From contig OX597816.1 in assembly GCA_951406725.2 (NCBI GenBank), positions 13,392,001 through 13,456,000 on the forward strand: DNA of 64,000 nt. Direction: 5' to 3'. The position numbers and the translations under genes are program-made. The notes below the pieces were generated by a model, which saw only the letters and a list, made by a program, of their open reading frames with translations, was not told the origin of the DNA and did not search any database. This DNA is from Octopus vulgaris. Lineage: Eukaryota. Position 1 is the stretch's first letter. Every line of letters starts with the position of its first letter. Below, piece by piece: positions 50,531 through 64,000 of this stretch.

Positions 50531-50768
50531 GTATGTGTATGTATATGTTTGTGTGTCTGTGTTTTTCCCTCTAGCATTGCTTGACAACCGATGCTGGTGT
50601 GTTTATGTCCCCGTCACTTAGCGGTTCGGCAAGAAAGACCGATAGAATAAGTACTGGGCTTACAAAAAAGAATAAGTCCCGGGGTCGATTTGCTCGACTA
50701 AAAAGGCGGTGCTCCAGCATGGCCGCAGTCAAATGACTGAAACAAGTAAAAGAGAGTAAATGAGTAAA
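50298..50768 (+). mobile_element. SINE family B, full length
   Basis: Homology to 12711-13119; expanded internal (TA)n. Confidence 0.92.
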
Positions 50769-52028
50769 TTCCATTCGTTTAACTGATTCCAAATCGGAAT
50801 ATTACTGCTTCATTAAAATCTTGGAATTATCATCTTCGAAACTGACGGAAGACTGACATCTTTATTAATTTTTTATTTAAGAATACGTAATATTCTAAGT
50901 GACAACATTTACATTTTTCAGTTTAATGTTATTTTCGTGTCTTCTTCTTCCATTTTAATGAGTCTTTAGTCACGATTCGGATCTCTCTTCTCTTCGCTAT
51001 TATATATTTGATGCACTGACGATATTTTGTGCGAACGATCTAAGTAAAGACACTTGCATAATCTTTATCTATTATTTTTTGATCTCATGTAACGTGGAAG
51101 ATTTGTCTTCGTGTGTATGCATAGCTTTTAATCTATGTTGCGTTTAGAGTTTACCACTGTGTGTATGCTTTATTTTTCGTGTGTGTATGTGTGAGTGTAT
51201 GCACGTGTATGTATGTATGTATGTGTGTGTGTGTGTGTATGTGTTTGTGTGTATGTATGTGTGTGTGTGCAAGTATGTGATAGACGTGAGTGTACATGAC
51301 GATGTTTTAAGTTTATTTCTGTTGATACTCCAAGGTGTGTTTGCGTTTGTGTTCACATGTGTGAGTGTGTGAATGGGGGGAGAGAGAGAGAAAGAGAGAG
51401 GAAGAGGAGGAGAGAAAGAGAGAAGGAGAAGCAAGAGAAAGAAAATATCCTGACAGAAAGACAGACAGACAGACAGACAAATAGGTAGATAGATTGCTAA
51501 TTAAAATCTGCTAATATTAAAAAATACACGAAAACATAGATAAGTGACGAATAGAAATACATACATATACACACATGCATACACCACACACACAGACACA
51601 CACACACACTCATATATAAGCGTATATATATCTATATTATTATTTATATATATATATTATATTTCTTTCTCTATTATATGTAATTTTCTAGATGGCGGAA
51701 TTTAATTTTTCATTTTGAATTGATAAAAGGTATTTTTTTCTAATTCATATATATATATAGTAGAATAAGGAATAAATAATCTTTGGTACAGTATTATATA
51801 TTTAAGAAAATGAATAGAATTGGCTTTTCTAATAATTCTTCCACTTTAATAATTAGATGTTTACAAAATCTTACTCTAGAATTTCACACTTAAAAACAGT
51901 CTCTAAACAGTTTGAGAACCGCTCTTTAGCCAGAAACTCCGATCACAGTCACCTTTTGTAAACATCTAATTATGAAGGTGGAAAAATTACTAGAACAGCT
52001 ATTTCTATTCATTTTAACAAATGTACAT

Positions 52029-52093
<65 letters not shown>

Positions 52094-52199
52094 GAGATAG
52101 CACACTATAAACGAATTGAAGTCACATTTATTGAAAAAGATCATGGCACCAACATAACACACATACACCTGTCTTCGACTTTTGTTTTTCTGTAAATTT

Positions 52200-52256
<57 letters not shown>

Positions 52257-52670
52257 CGCAGGCGTGGCTATGTGGTAACTAGCTTGCTTACAAACCACAT
52301 AGTTCCGGGTTCAGTCCCACTGCGTGACATTCTGGGCAAGTGTCTTCTACTATAGCCTCGGGCTGACCAAGGCCTTGTCAGTGTTTTGGTAGACGGAAAC
52401 TGAAAGAAGCCCGCCGTATACATACATACATACATACATACATACATTTATATATGTATGTTTGTTTGTGTTTGTTCCCCTACTATCGCTTGCCAACCGA
52501 TATTGGTGCGCTTAGTCCCCGTAACTTAGCAGTTCGGCGAAGAGACTGATAGAATAAATACTAGGCTTACAAAGAATAAGTCCTGGGTCAATTTGTTCAA
52601 CTGAAGGCGGTGCTCCAGCATGGATGCAGTCAAATTAATAAAACAAATAAAAAATTAAAAGAATAAAAGA
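52257..52670 (+). mobile_element. SINE family B, full length
   Basis: Homology to 12711-13119; internal (CATA)n. Confidence 0.9.
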
Positions 52671-53163
52671 ATATATATTCCAAAATTGGTCTTGGTTGCG
52701 GATGGGTTATGCGAGAAATTGAACGACAATCATTGTTATAATAAAGTCATTTACAGTTCACTTCCTCAAAGGAGTCACCGCAAAATTACTCAATATGAAC
52801 GCTGTTTTACGAGTTTATCATGTAATCTGTTTTATCTAAGAAATGTTGAGCTTCCAGCCCCATCTTAGATTAAGTTACGTTATTTTGGTACAATCCATAT
52901 TGGTCGAGCATTCGTGTAACTGAAGAAAATTATAATCCACGACAGAAGATGGCGTTTCAACGTGTGTGTGTGTGTGTGTGTGCATGCATGCATGTATGCA
53001 TGTATACACATATACAGACATACAGATATAGAGAGAGGAATACACAAACAGACATATATATATATTTGTATGTATATAGATAGATATAGACATAGATAGA
53101 TATATAGATAGATACACAAACAGACATATATATATATATGTATATATATATATGTATATATAT

Positions 53164-53222
<59 letters not shown>

Positions 53223-53851
53223 CACAAACAGACTTATATATAGATAGATAGATAGACAGACAGATATATAGATATATAGATAGAGAGATAGACAAGCAGA
53301 CAGTTAGATAGATATACATATAAGTAGAAACACATACATATATGTATGTGTGTATGTGTATCTATGTATATATCATGTATGTCTATATAATATGTACTTA
53401 AAAACCTTGAAATTAAGGCAGTTACACAAGATCTTCAAAACATATCTATGGATATACACACGTATGTATAGTTGCACTAATACATGAGTGTGCGAATGTG
53501 CACGTCTGTGTGTGTATGTGTGTTTGTGTGTGTCGTGTGTGTGTGACTCTTGCGTTTAGTAAGAACGGATAATTCTGTTAATTACATTATTCGTCACCGT
53601 CAATATCAAATATTCGATCTGATATCGAAAGCTGGTGATAATGTTGCTCAAATTAATCGAAGACGGCTTCAGGCTGCTAAATGGAAATAAAATAAAAAAT
53701 AAGATAAAAATAGCAAAAAAAAAGAAGAAAAAAAGAATTTTAATGACAAAGATTAAACGAGGAGAAATGTTTAATTGATTACTTCGATGTTTAATTCAGT
53801 GAGAGAGGATTATTAATGAGAACTGATAAGGGAGAACGACTGGAGAGCAAG

Positions 53852-53883
<32 letters not shown>

Positions 53884-54086
53884 CCAGGAAAAAATAGGAA
53901 GGAGAAAGTAAGGGAGTGAGAGAACATATGAAAAGAGAAGAAAGAAAAAGAAGGAATCAAACTGAAAGAGGACAAGCGCTCACACACACGCACACACACA
54001 CACACACCCTGATTCGCAGACACCCACAGATACACACATCTGTGTGTATAAATGTTGAGTATATCTGAGTATAAATATATGCGAGA

Positions 54087-54340
54087 ATGCCCCGCCTGGT
54101 GAAGCGGCACCTACAGAAGTGTCACCCTTTACGAAAAGAGCAGGATTTCAGAGGCACAAAGGAAATGGGAACTAAGCAAGTCCAGAGCCACCTCCTCTCT
54201 TTTAGTCTCAACAGAACACCAGTGCCTGACCCTTGGCAGAGCCTTCCGAGCACGCATCAGATTGTTCGGCCATAGCCAGACACAGGGTACCCAATTCTCT
54301 CCTAGGTGATGTTCTTGGTCATAATCAAAAACGACGACTC
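54087..54340 (+). mobile_element. RTE-clade LINE extreme 3' end
   Basis: PAW*SGTYRSVTLYEKSRISEAQRKWELSKSRATS...HQCLTLGRAFRARIRLFGHSQTQ is a degenerate RTE C-terminal zinc finger (CxxCGRxFRARIGLxSHxRTH). Confidence 0.8.
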
Positions 54341-54381
54341 AACTATGCATGTATGTACGTGTATGTATTTATATATGTATG

Positions 54382-54692
54382 TCATTATTCAGTTTTATTT
54401 CAAGATGCCCATAGAGAAAGGGTCGGTTTATAACCTAGATCCAAGCCCCCTTCATTGGAATTTCAACATCACAGAGTACTTTTGTATATATGTACATGAG
54501 CAGATTTATATGTTTTATTTTATGTATATATTCTCATGTATATACATGCATGCACATCGAGACATGCTCATATATACTTAAATGATAAACTTCTGGAAAG
54601 TTTTACAGACTTCTACAGTTCCAGTATTGGAATTAGCTTTCTCCTTTCTGGTTTTGAGAAGCCTAAATTTCTCAGGATTGGTATTTAGGCAG
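54382..54692 (-). mobile_element. R4/Dong-like element, truncated copy 3
   Basis: Homologous to 26541-27160. Confidence 0.75.
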
Positions 54693-54694
54693 TA

Positions 54695-54728
<34 letters not shown>

Positions 54729-54731
<3 letters not shown>

Positions 54732-55127
54732 ATTTGTATATTTTGCTTTATGTATGTATTCTCATGCATATCTAGACATGCTCATATATATTTAAATGAT
54801 AAACTTCTGAAAACTGTTACAGATTTTTACAGTTCCAGTGATGGATTGGATGTGTAGTCTTCGAATTAGCTTTCTCCATTCTGGTTTTGAGGAGCTTAAT
54901 TTCTCAAGATTGGTATTTAGGCAGTGTGTTACATGTCCTGGTGCGCCAATAATTACATGTATAAACCTAAACTTGCAATCTGAATAGAGTAACTGCAGAT
55001 TTCCCAATAGTTTTGCATAGGTATTCTGTTTATCGCTGATCTTCAGCTTTATATTAACATCTCCTGGGCAGCTGATTTCCAAAACTGCGCATAGTTTCCC
55101 CCAATTCATTATATCAGGTCAATATTC
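54729..55127 (-). mobile_element. R4/Dong-like element, copy 4 with RLE catalytic region
   Basis: *PDIMNWGKLCAVLEISCPGDVNIKLKISDKQNTYAKL...VIIGAPG...SITGTVKI matches the PD...E...KxxxY restriction-like endonuclease motif. Confidence 0.8.
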
Positions 55128-55479
55128 ATGTATGTATATATGTACGTAAGTTAGTGTGTGTATACACATACGCATATATTATGTTCAATTTACACACATA
55201 CATTATGTTCAATTTTCTGTCCCTATCCTTTGTGTTATACTTAACGTACACAGTGGAATCCCTGCGGCAGATCCAGTGACGACTGCACAATTACTGTGGA
55301 TGACGACAGGTAGTCATAGGCAGTGAACGTGCCTTATGAGCATACTGCTGGAGACTTACCTTACAGGTAAATTTGAATTTTTAAAATTTAACTTCGACAC
55401 ATGCATATTTATGTGTGTGTATGTATGAATATATACATACATATATATATACATATAGATGTATGAGTGTATGTGTGTG

Positions 55480-55800
55480 CTCTTTTATTTTTGTTTCATT
55501 CATTTGAATGCGGCCATGCTGGAGCAACACCTTTAGTCGGATAAATCCACTCTAGGACTTAATCTTTGTAAGCTTAGTACTTATTACATCGGTCTCTTTT
55601 GCCGAACCGCTAGATTACAGTGATGTAAACACTTCCAGCATTGGTTGTCAAGCGAAGGTGGAGGGACAGACACAGACACACAAATACACATACACACGCA
55701 TACACATGCACGCATACATATATACTACAGGCTTCTTTCAGTTTCTGTTTACGAAATCCACGCACAAGGCTTTGGTCAGCCCCTGGCTATAGTCGAAGAA
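55480..55800 (-). mobile_element. SINE family B, head truncated
   Basis: GCGGCCATGCTGGAGCA...GCTTTGGTCAGCCCCTGGCTATAG. Confidence 0.8.
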
Positions 55801-56297
55801 CACAGGAACATGTATCATACATCAAAAGGAAGCTACTCGTCTGTGGATCACATCCCTCCTTCTCAACATAGTCACCGTTTCTCTCAATAGCAATGTTCCA
55901 CCTTCGAATGAGAGCATGTTTTCCTGCCCCGTAAAATTATGTTGGCTGTTCTATGAGCCACTTCTGCGTCACTAGTCTATCCTCGTCACTGGACTATCAT
56001 CTCTTTGGTCCCATGAAAGAGGGTTTGAGAGGCAAACATTATTCCAGTGACGAAGAAGTGAAAACTGTAGTGAAGAAGTGGCTCATAGAACAGTCAACAG
56101 AATTTAACGGGGCAGGGATACATGCTCTCATTCGAAGATGGAATATTGCTATTGAGAGAAACAGTGACTATGTTGAGAAGTAGGGATGTGATTCACAGAG
56201 GACCAGCTTCATTTTGATGTATGATACATGTTCCTGTGTTGGTATTTATACTTGTCCTAAACAAAATAGTATTACTTTTTTTTGACCCACCCTCGTA
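55799..56297 (+). mobile_element. Mariner 3' fragment preceded by an inverted copy of itself
   Basis: DYHLFGPMKEGLRGKHYSSDEEVKTVVKKWL...RWNIAIERNSDYVEK*; right TIR ends CCCTCG-TA; 55799-55965 is the reverse complement of 56074-56240. Confidence 0.85.
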
Positions 56298-56496
56298 TTT
56301 AGGGAGTGTGTTACATATCTCAGGGCCCCAATAATTACAGGTCTAAACCCGAATTTATAATCTGGATAGAATAACTTCAGATTTCACAGTAGTTCAGCAT
56401 AGGTGTTCCCTTTTTCATTGACCTTCAGCTTTATGTTAACATCGGCTGGGCAGATAATTTCCTCAATTGTACACAGTTTCTCTTCTCTATCCCAAA
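56298..56496 (-). mobile_element. R4/Dong-like element, copy 5 (RLE fragment)
   Basis: WDREEKLCTIEEIICPADVNIKLKVNEKGNTYAELL*NLKLFYPDYKFGFRPVIIGALRYVTH. Confidence 0.8.
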
Positions 56497-56611
56497 TGTA
56501 TGTATGTATGTATGTATGTATGTATGTATGTATGTATATTAATTGGAATAGCATACTAGTATGACGTGTAAATATTGATAAGGATAATCCTTATAGATTC
56601 AGTTTGAACAC

Positions 56612-56841
56612 CTATTTCTTTACTACCCACAAGGGGCTAAACATAGAGGGGACAAACAAGGACAGACATACGTATTAAGTCGATTACATCGACCCCAGTG
56701 CGTAACTGGTACTTAATTTATCGATCCCGAAAGGATGAAAGGCAAAGTCGACCTCGGCGGAATTTGAACTCACAACGTAACGACAGACGAAATACCGCTA
56801 AGCATTTCGCCCGGCGTGCTAACGTTTCTACCAGCTCACCG
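56612..56841 (-). mobile_element. SINE family A
   Basis: Full copy; TSD TGAACACC. Confidence 0.9.
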
Positions 56842-57457
56842 CTGAACACCGTTTGTACACCGACATTCATGCATCTCAACACTCGTGTATTCCTTATGCT
56901 TATGGATGTATCCGAAGTGGCATGGCAAATATATTTGAACGGTGCCTTGCGAATGTAACATCCTTTCTTTATTTTTTAAGATACATACCTATAATCACAA
57001 GTGCACAGATGCACCAATACATACATATATGTGTACATACAAATGCATAAATGTACACATATATATGTGCGTGTGTATCTATATATGTGTATGCTTGTTT
57101 ATATATATAAATGCCTATATATATATATACATATACATATATGGCTATATCTTTTAAGCATGTGTGTGTTTGTGTGAGTGTATGTATAAATAAATACATA
57201 CATATGAATATACAGACAATCTTAGATGCGTCAGTGAATGTTTCGGTATGCGTCTATCTTCACTTGTTTATCTGTTATCTTCCAAAGAGACGAGAATGTT
57301 ATCTATAATTGAATTTTGACGAACATGTCATTTTATATAAACTCTAATAAAAAATTTATTACATATATCACTGTACACACACAGAGACACACGCTCACAC
57401 ACGCATATACAACTGTGTATATATATATATGTGTGTGTGCATATACATGTATATATG

Positions 57458-57515
<58 letters not shown>

Positions 57516-57683
57516 ATATACATACATATATTTATACATGTACATACATGCATATATTTATACATGTACATAAATACATACATATATTTATACATGTACA
57601 TACACACATACATACATACATATATTTATACATACACACATACATACATACATATATTTATACATACACACATACATACATAC

Positions 57684-57714
<31 letters not shown>

Positions 57715-57901
57715 TGTATGTATACACACGTATGAAACGTATTTTCGAATTGGCAATTTTCTTTTAAAATGTGTTTGCATTTGTAATTATAATCTTATAA
57801 TTTGCAAATATAAATTTAAACTGATAGATAGATTGACAGATAGATAAATAGAAAGACAGACAGACATACAGAGAGATACATACATACATATTCAGACAGA
57901 C

Positions 57902-58064
<163 letters not shown>

Positions 58065-58491
58065 AGGGAGCGAGAGAGGGATATGTAAACACACACATAC
58101 TCAAACACACATAAGCAATTTGTCAGTACTCTTGAGTTTCAAGCGTTATGCCAGTCGTCAGTCATTTTGCATTTGACATTCAAATGCAAATTGGCTGACA
58201 ACTAGCATCACACTTGAAACTCGAGATTACCAACGAATTTGAATCAAACTTTTTTGACCCATATGTAACCCCCATTAAATCTGTTGAGTGCCCTTGTTTC
58301 GTTTGTCCACTCACTCGTATGTATATGGTATGTATATGTGTGTGTATGAATGTAAGTACGTGTCTGTGTTGTGCGTGTGTGTATCTATGTATGTATATTT
58401 ATAATGTATATATAGATGTATATAAGAATTTTTGCGTAATACGATAAAAAAACCAAGGCTGTATAGATGTTAGAGCATTTATAGATAGAAG

Positions 58492-58543
58492 GTCTTACAG
58501 CTGTTCCTAGGATATTAATTAATAATATCCCTTCATTGGAGAC
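58492..58543 (-). ncRNA. Degenerate minimal hammerhead, same family as 41713-41764
   Basis: Minus strand GTCT-CCAATGA-A-GGGATATT-loop-AATATCCT-A-GGAA-CAGCTG-TA-AGAC. Confidence 0.4.
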
Positions 58544-59051
58544 GGTGTGAGAGGAAAAATTTAGATGTATATATGTATATATATATTCATCGGGAGTTGT
58601 GATGATGTCGGTCTCGTGTTGACCTAATCAAAAGCTTTCTCCTTCCAAATTGCTGGTCTAAATGGATAATGCTTGTGTTGTTAAGGGCGAATCAATGGAA
58701 GTGTTTAGAATATTGTTGATTATTAGACATGGCAACGAGTAACTCCTTATTGTGTAAAGGGAAATATAGTTCACGAAGAGAGTTGTGTATTAAGAAAGAT
58801 TCAGTTTCTGCACCAATAGCGTTGGTGGTTCTGAATGCTAATATCCACGATAACCTCTACTTTGATTGGAAGTGATGTAAATATGTTCTCAATGCAACAG
58901 AAGGTTTGGTCGTCGACCTGATGAGACTCATATAGTTAGGAGAGAAACAGCGGGAGCATCTCTATTCAGAAGGCGTATGGTAAGGGAGTCATTATTGCTG
59001 ACACATGAATGAAAGAGATGAAAGAAAATTCCGAGCTGACGTTTGAAGATA

Positions 59052-59228
59052 TGTTTCTTTATTAGCCACACAAGGCTGAACACAGAGGGGACAAATTACA
59101 AAGTAGAGCTTTTCTTTTAGGGGAGAAAACAAATAAAAAATTAAAAAATTAAAATAAAAAGGGGGTAGGTTCTCTATCAAATGGGATCGTAAAAAAGAAT
59201 GAAAAAACGATCAATAGGGATCGTGTAT
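59052..59228 (-). mobile_element. 3' UTR of an unidentified retroelement (candidate partner LINE of SINE A)
   Basis: Ends TTTGTCCCCTCTGTGTTCAGCCTTGTGTGGCTAATAAAGAAA like the SINE A tail, but the upstream sequence is unrelated to SINE A. Confidence 0.5.
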
Positions 59229-59255
59229 TGGTACATACTGTTAAAGCGGATTATA

Positions 59256-59821
59256 TTGGGTTGTCCGGAGAGTTCGTGCCGATTTATAGTAGCTTACATT
59301 TTGACTTATTTTAGAATATGGTTGAGTCCATAAAATAGGATTTGACTACACCTCCATTTAGAGCACAGTTTAAGCTATCTTTTCGTGGAAGAAGGTTTAT
59401 GTTCCTATAACCTGTGTTAATTCTGTAACCCTTTAAAATGGAAGATAAGAAAGTTCATTTTCGGCACTTGATGCTTTGGGAACCAGACAAAAATTGTTGC
59501 AGCTCGGCTGGGATGTGTTACTCTGCCCTCCATATTCACCAGATATTGCTCCTTCGGATTTCCACTTATTCAGGTCTCTGCAGAATAGTTTTCATGGTAA
59601 AAATTACAATTCCTTGAACGACGTAAAAAGATACCTTGATGAATTCTTTGCCATGAAACCACCTCAATTCTGGGAAGAGAGTATTTTCAAGTTAAAGGAA
59701 AGATGGAGACGTGTTGTGCAACAAAATGGTTCATATTTGGTTGATTAAAAATGTAATGGTAAGTATTTATTGACCGTTTTCTTTCCTTTAAAAATCGGCA
59801 CGAACTTTCTGGACAACCCAA
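59256..59821 (+). mobile_element. Internally deleted mariner (mellifera-like) with both TIRs
   Basis: TA-TTGGGTTGTCCGGAGAGTTCGTGCCGATTT and AAATCGGCACGAACTTTCTGGACAACCCAA-TA; MEDKKVHFRHLMLWE joined to TRQKLLQLGWDVLLCPPYSPDIAPSDFHLFRSLQN. Confidence 0.93.
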
Positions 59822-60046
59822 TATAATGAGCTAAATTTACATGTTTAAATAGATTATGAAGCTGTAGATAACAGTGTTTTAAGATGTATTCAAACACACA
59901 AAGGCTAAACAGGTTAAAATCATATAAGCTAATTATTTTTAGAAGATGATTTAGAAGTTGATAAATATTTATGTCTACAAAGAATAATGACATCCGAGAT
60001 CATATTAAGTAAAAATTTTTGTCAGTACGGAGTATATTAATATAGA

Positions 60047-60185
60047 GGCGCAAGCAAGCGTGGCTGTGTGATTCTGGGTTCAGTCCCACAGCGTGGCACT
60101 TTAAGCTGGTGTTTTCTATTATAGCCCCGGGCCTACCAAAGACCTGTGAATGGATTTGGTAGATGGAAACTGAAAGAAGCCCGTC

Positions 60186-60281
<96 letters not shown>

Positions 60282-60490
60282 CTGTGTGTCTTTGTTTATC
60301 CCTTATTACCGCTTGGCAAACGGTGTTGGTGTGTTTATATCCCCGTAAGCTAGCGATTCGGCAAAAGAGACTGATCGAATAGGTACTAGGATTGAAAAAA
60401 TAAGTCCTGAGATCGATTTGTTCGACTAAATTCCTTCAAAGTGGTTCTCCAGCATGGCCGCAGTCAAATGACTGAAACAAATAAAAGAGT
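60047..60490 (+). mobile_element. SINE family B
   Basis: Homology to 12711-13119. Confidence 0.88.
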
Positions 60491-60504
60491 ATAGATATAT
60501 ATGA

Positions 60505-60655
60505 GGGGATTGTTTCAGTTTCCGTCTACCAAATCCACTCACAATGTTTTGGTCGGCCGAGGCTATAGTAGAAAACATTTGCCCAAGTGCCACGTTGTGG
60601 GACTGAACCTGAAACAATGTGGTTGGGAACCAAGCCTCTTACCACACAGCCACGC
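60505..60655 (-). mobile_element. SINE family B, 5' half
   Basis: Inverted relative to 60047-60185. Confidence 0.85.
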
Positions 60656-60921
60656 ATATGCACATATATATGTGTGTGTATGTATGTGTGTGTGTGTGTG
60701 TGTATACATACAAACAAAGATATAGATATAGATATATATATGGAGAGAGAGATATAGATAGATATAGATATAGATATATAGAGAGAGATATATAGAGAGA
60801 GATAGATATATAGATAGATATAGATATATACATATTCATATGTATATATATATACCGGAGTAAACACATAAATGTGAAACAAGGTGGAAAAAAGAGTACT
60901 CAAATACCAGTGGTAGAGTAA

Positions 60922-61037
60922 TATGCTTTATTTAAAGCAGCAGAAAATTCAACAAAACCTGTTACTCTGAGTTTCGCGTTGCAACGCGAAACCTCAGAGT
61001 AACAGGTTTTGTTGAATTTTCTGTTGCTTTAAATAAA

Positions 61038-61041
<4 letters not shown>
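60922..61041. repeat. Spacerless palindrome with 60-bp arms
   Basis: Centre CGCGTTG|CAACGCG at 60981/60982; 2 substitutions and 1 indel; followed by a long (TA)n. Confidence 0.92.
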
Positions 61042-61133
<92 letters not shown>

Positions 61134-61198
61134 CTCTCAATATAAATTTGTATTTTCTCCGTAGTTTTTTGTGCTATATTATATATTTTTCACCCTAT

Positions 61199-61261
<63 letters not shown>

Positions 61262-62408
61262 CATATATATATATATATATGTATATATGTAAACACAAAC
61301 GTATATAAGTAGACAGACAGACAGCTAGAGAGATGATAGATAGACATGCACACATACAGGGATATATAAATGTGTTTGCGTGTGTGTGTGTGTGTGTGTA
61401 TGCACGTGTGTGCGTGTAAATAAATAATTATATATGTATTTATGTACTTGTGCATTCCTATGTCTATATATCACTGTATCATTTTCTGTCTCATTCGTTC
61501 TTATTCTGTTATTAATTGACCGCATCTCTGCTTATTACCAATTCTCTACATATGCCGTCCATTTTCTCTCTCTCTTTCCTTCTCTCTTTCACCCCCTTCT
61601 CTCTCTCTCTCTATCAATCAATCTATTTATCTCTATCTCTCTATCTCTAATTAAGGTCTTGGCGTTAAAAGTACTTAACTCTTTATGTCAATAGTTCTTC
61701 GTAAGAATTTTCCAAATTGCAGAGCTCTGCTTGAATGCATTTAGTCTACTTATACCAGATATTTCAGACGCGAAAATCGGTAGACATTGCTTGCTATTTG
61801 CTTGGCTAGAGACAGTTATTAAAACTAATTGAATGCTACACGACTTTAGTTGATTGTTCTAGAGTGCTGCCGTTTCCAATAAGTTTCAATGCCACTTCGC
61901 TTCTTTCCTATATAACAGACGTTAAAGTAGGACGTGCTAAATGTAAAATAATTAGCGGAATTAAGACGTTGGAAGCCCTTCGGACACATCAAGCAGCTTT
62001 AATGATATTTCCATTCAGCATCAACAATGGCGAAACATCAAGCAGTAACTTGGGGAAAATATGCATTGTTAAAATCTATAAAACTTTCCTTTAAAACGTT
62101 CTTAGTACGTTGGTCTTTGAACATGTACACACTTGAATACACAAACACACGCACCCATACACACACATAAAATTTATACATATACGCACATAAATACAAT
62201 CACACACGTATACACAGGTGCGTGTACACTTACACAAGGTCGCTAAGAAGTATGGATATTTCTGTAAATATGTATGAAGGAGTGTATACATGAATGTATA
62301 TTTAAATTCATACAAACGTATAAAAGAACAAGATAGTCGCAATTATATACATAGACATATACATTGTTACATACATACACGTGTATATATATATTATATA
62401 TGTGTGTA

Positions 62409-62460
<52 letters not shown>

Positions 62461-62467
62461 TATATAT

Positions 62468-62501
<34 letters not shown>

Positions 62502-62642
62502 TACATATATATACATATACATATATATGAATATTATATGAATAATATATATATATGAATATACATATATATGAATATTATATATATATATATATGTGCG
62601 TATTTTCAGATGTATATGTATATATGTATATATATATGTATG

Positions 62643-62676
<34 letters not shown>

Positions 62677-62810
62677 TGTATGTATGTATGCATGCATGTA
62701 TGTATGCATATATGTATGAATGTATATTTATATATATGTATGTATATATATGTGTATGTATATATGAAGATTATATATATATATATATATACATACACAC
62801 AAACATAAAT

Positions 62811-62886
<76 letters not shown>

Positions 62887-63650
62887 CCAGTGAGTACCGG
62901 AGACAAGGGTATCATTGCCATACTTTGTAGATCGAAATATCAAAGACATCCGCTTGCTTAATGAACGTGAAACCATAATGTGAATTTAATACAGTGATTA
63001 TATAGTTATAATTGTGTATAAGTGTGATTATATGCGTGTAATTACATGTATATGAGTATGTGTGTACGTGTGTGTATGTTCGTATATGTAGGTGTCGATT
63101 TGAAACTCTGCATTTACGTATACGTATCTGTAAGTATACAAAGCTGTAAGTATATGTAGATAAAGGAACCGTTACACTATAAACAAGTATTTAGTACTTC
63201 TAATTATAATAGCGATGAATAATGATGTTAGTAGAGCCAGGGGAATACAGGGGAGTGCAGTTTCGTGTTTTCTTATGCCAGATGGAAACTTCTCGAAGGG
63301 AAATAAATACTGCAGTGCGTTTAATCTGGCATTGCCGCAGCCATTTACGCTACTTAGGACCACCAGGAAATATTATATTAAAGTTTCACATATTTGGTAT
63401 GAAGCCAAATTGTGTACTAGAGGTATACAGATGATTTAATTGGTCTTTCAATATTAGTCGTGCTTATTCTACTTTTGTTCAAGATCTGAGGGAGACAAAG
63501 TCCACTCCAGTGGAATTTAAACTTTGAGCTATGGAGGAGAAATTAAATGGCGCGATATAGTTTGTTCGACATCTTGCATATTCCACTTTAGGAAATGATA
63601 ATAAGTAATAGAGTTGGTTTTTAAGCATGCAATTATATTTATACATACAT

Positions 63651-63697
<47 letters not shown>

Positions 63698-63881
63698 ACT
63701 TAGATAACTTAGATTGATTTCGGCCGTTATCAGCCCAAGCCTTGACTAACTCAATAGCACCATCTGGGTATACATATACATACATACATACATACATACA
63801 TATACACACACACATATATATATATATGCACACAAATACATATTACATATATAGATATAATTACATACATTCATATGTATA

Positions 63882-63918
<37 letters not shown>

Positions 63919-63944
63919 TGTATATATGTGTAATGTAAATATAA

Positions 63945-63978
<34 letters not shown>

Positions 63979-64000
63979 TTTATATATTTATATATATACA

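Noticed and set aside
55254-55366. Possible exon (CAG acceptor, CAG|GTAAAT donor)
   Set aside because: Stops in all three frames; the shorter alternative cannot be supported without RNA data
58914-58950. CTGATGA...GAAA
   Set aside because: No stems I-III can be formed; probably chance

Overview
AT-rich eukaryotic non-coding DNA (intronic or intergenic) saturated with microsatellites and transposon debris. The repeat families (tRNA-derived SINEs resembling the octopus OK/OR families, dense (TA)n/(CATA)n/(GATA)n tracts) point to a coleoid cephalopod, probably Octopus; this is inferred from recalled repeat families, not from a search. No host protein-coding gene can be supported, and almost all listed ORFs are translations of microsatellites or SINEs. 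Recognisable elements: five SINE families (A-E, about 45 copies), four mariner and one DD37D/maT remnants, RTE, HERO-like and R4/Dong-like non-LTR fragments, Helitron-type non-autonomous elements, hAT and Merlin-like MITEs, a 143-bp solo LTR-like element and a 700-bp (GAACT)n array. The most interesting signals are: (1) several families of minimal hammerhead ribozymes in Penelope-pLTR/retrozyme-like repeats, including fold-back palindromes that break inside a hammerhead; (2) an R4/Dong-like retrotransposon whose truncated copies abut (CATA)n at every intact junction, suggesting microsatellite targeting; (3) a SINE that recurrently forms head+(body)n multimers through one palindromic junction. 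Coordinates were read by eye and may be off by a few bases.
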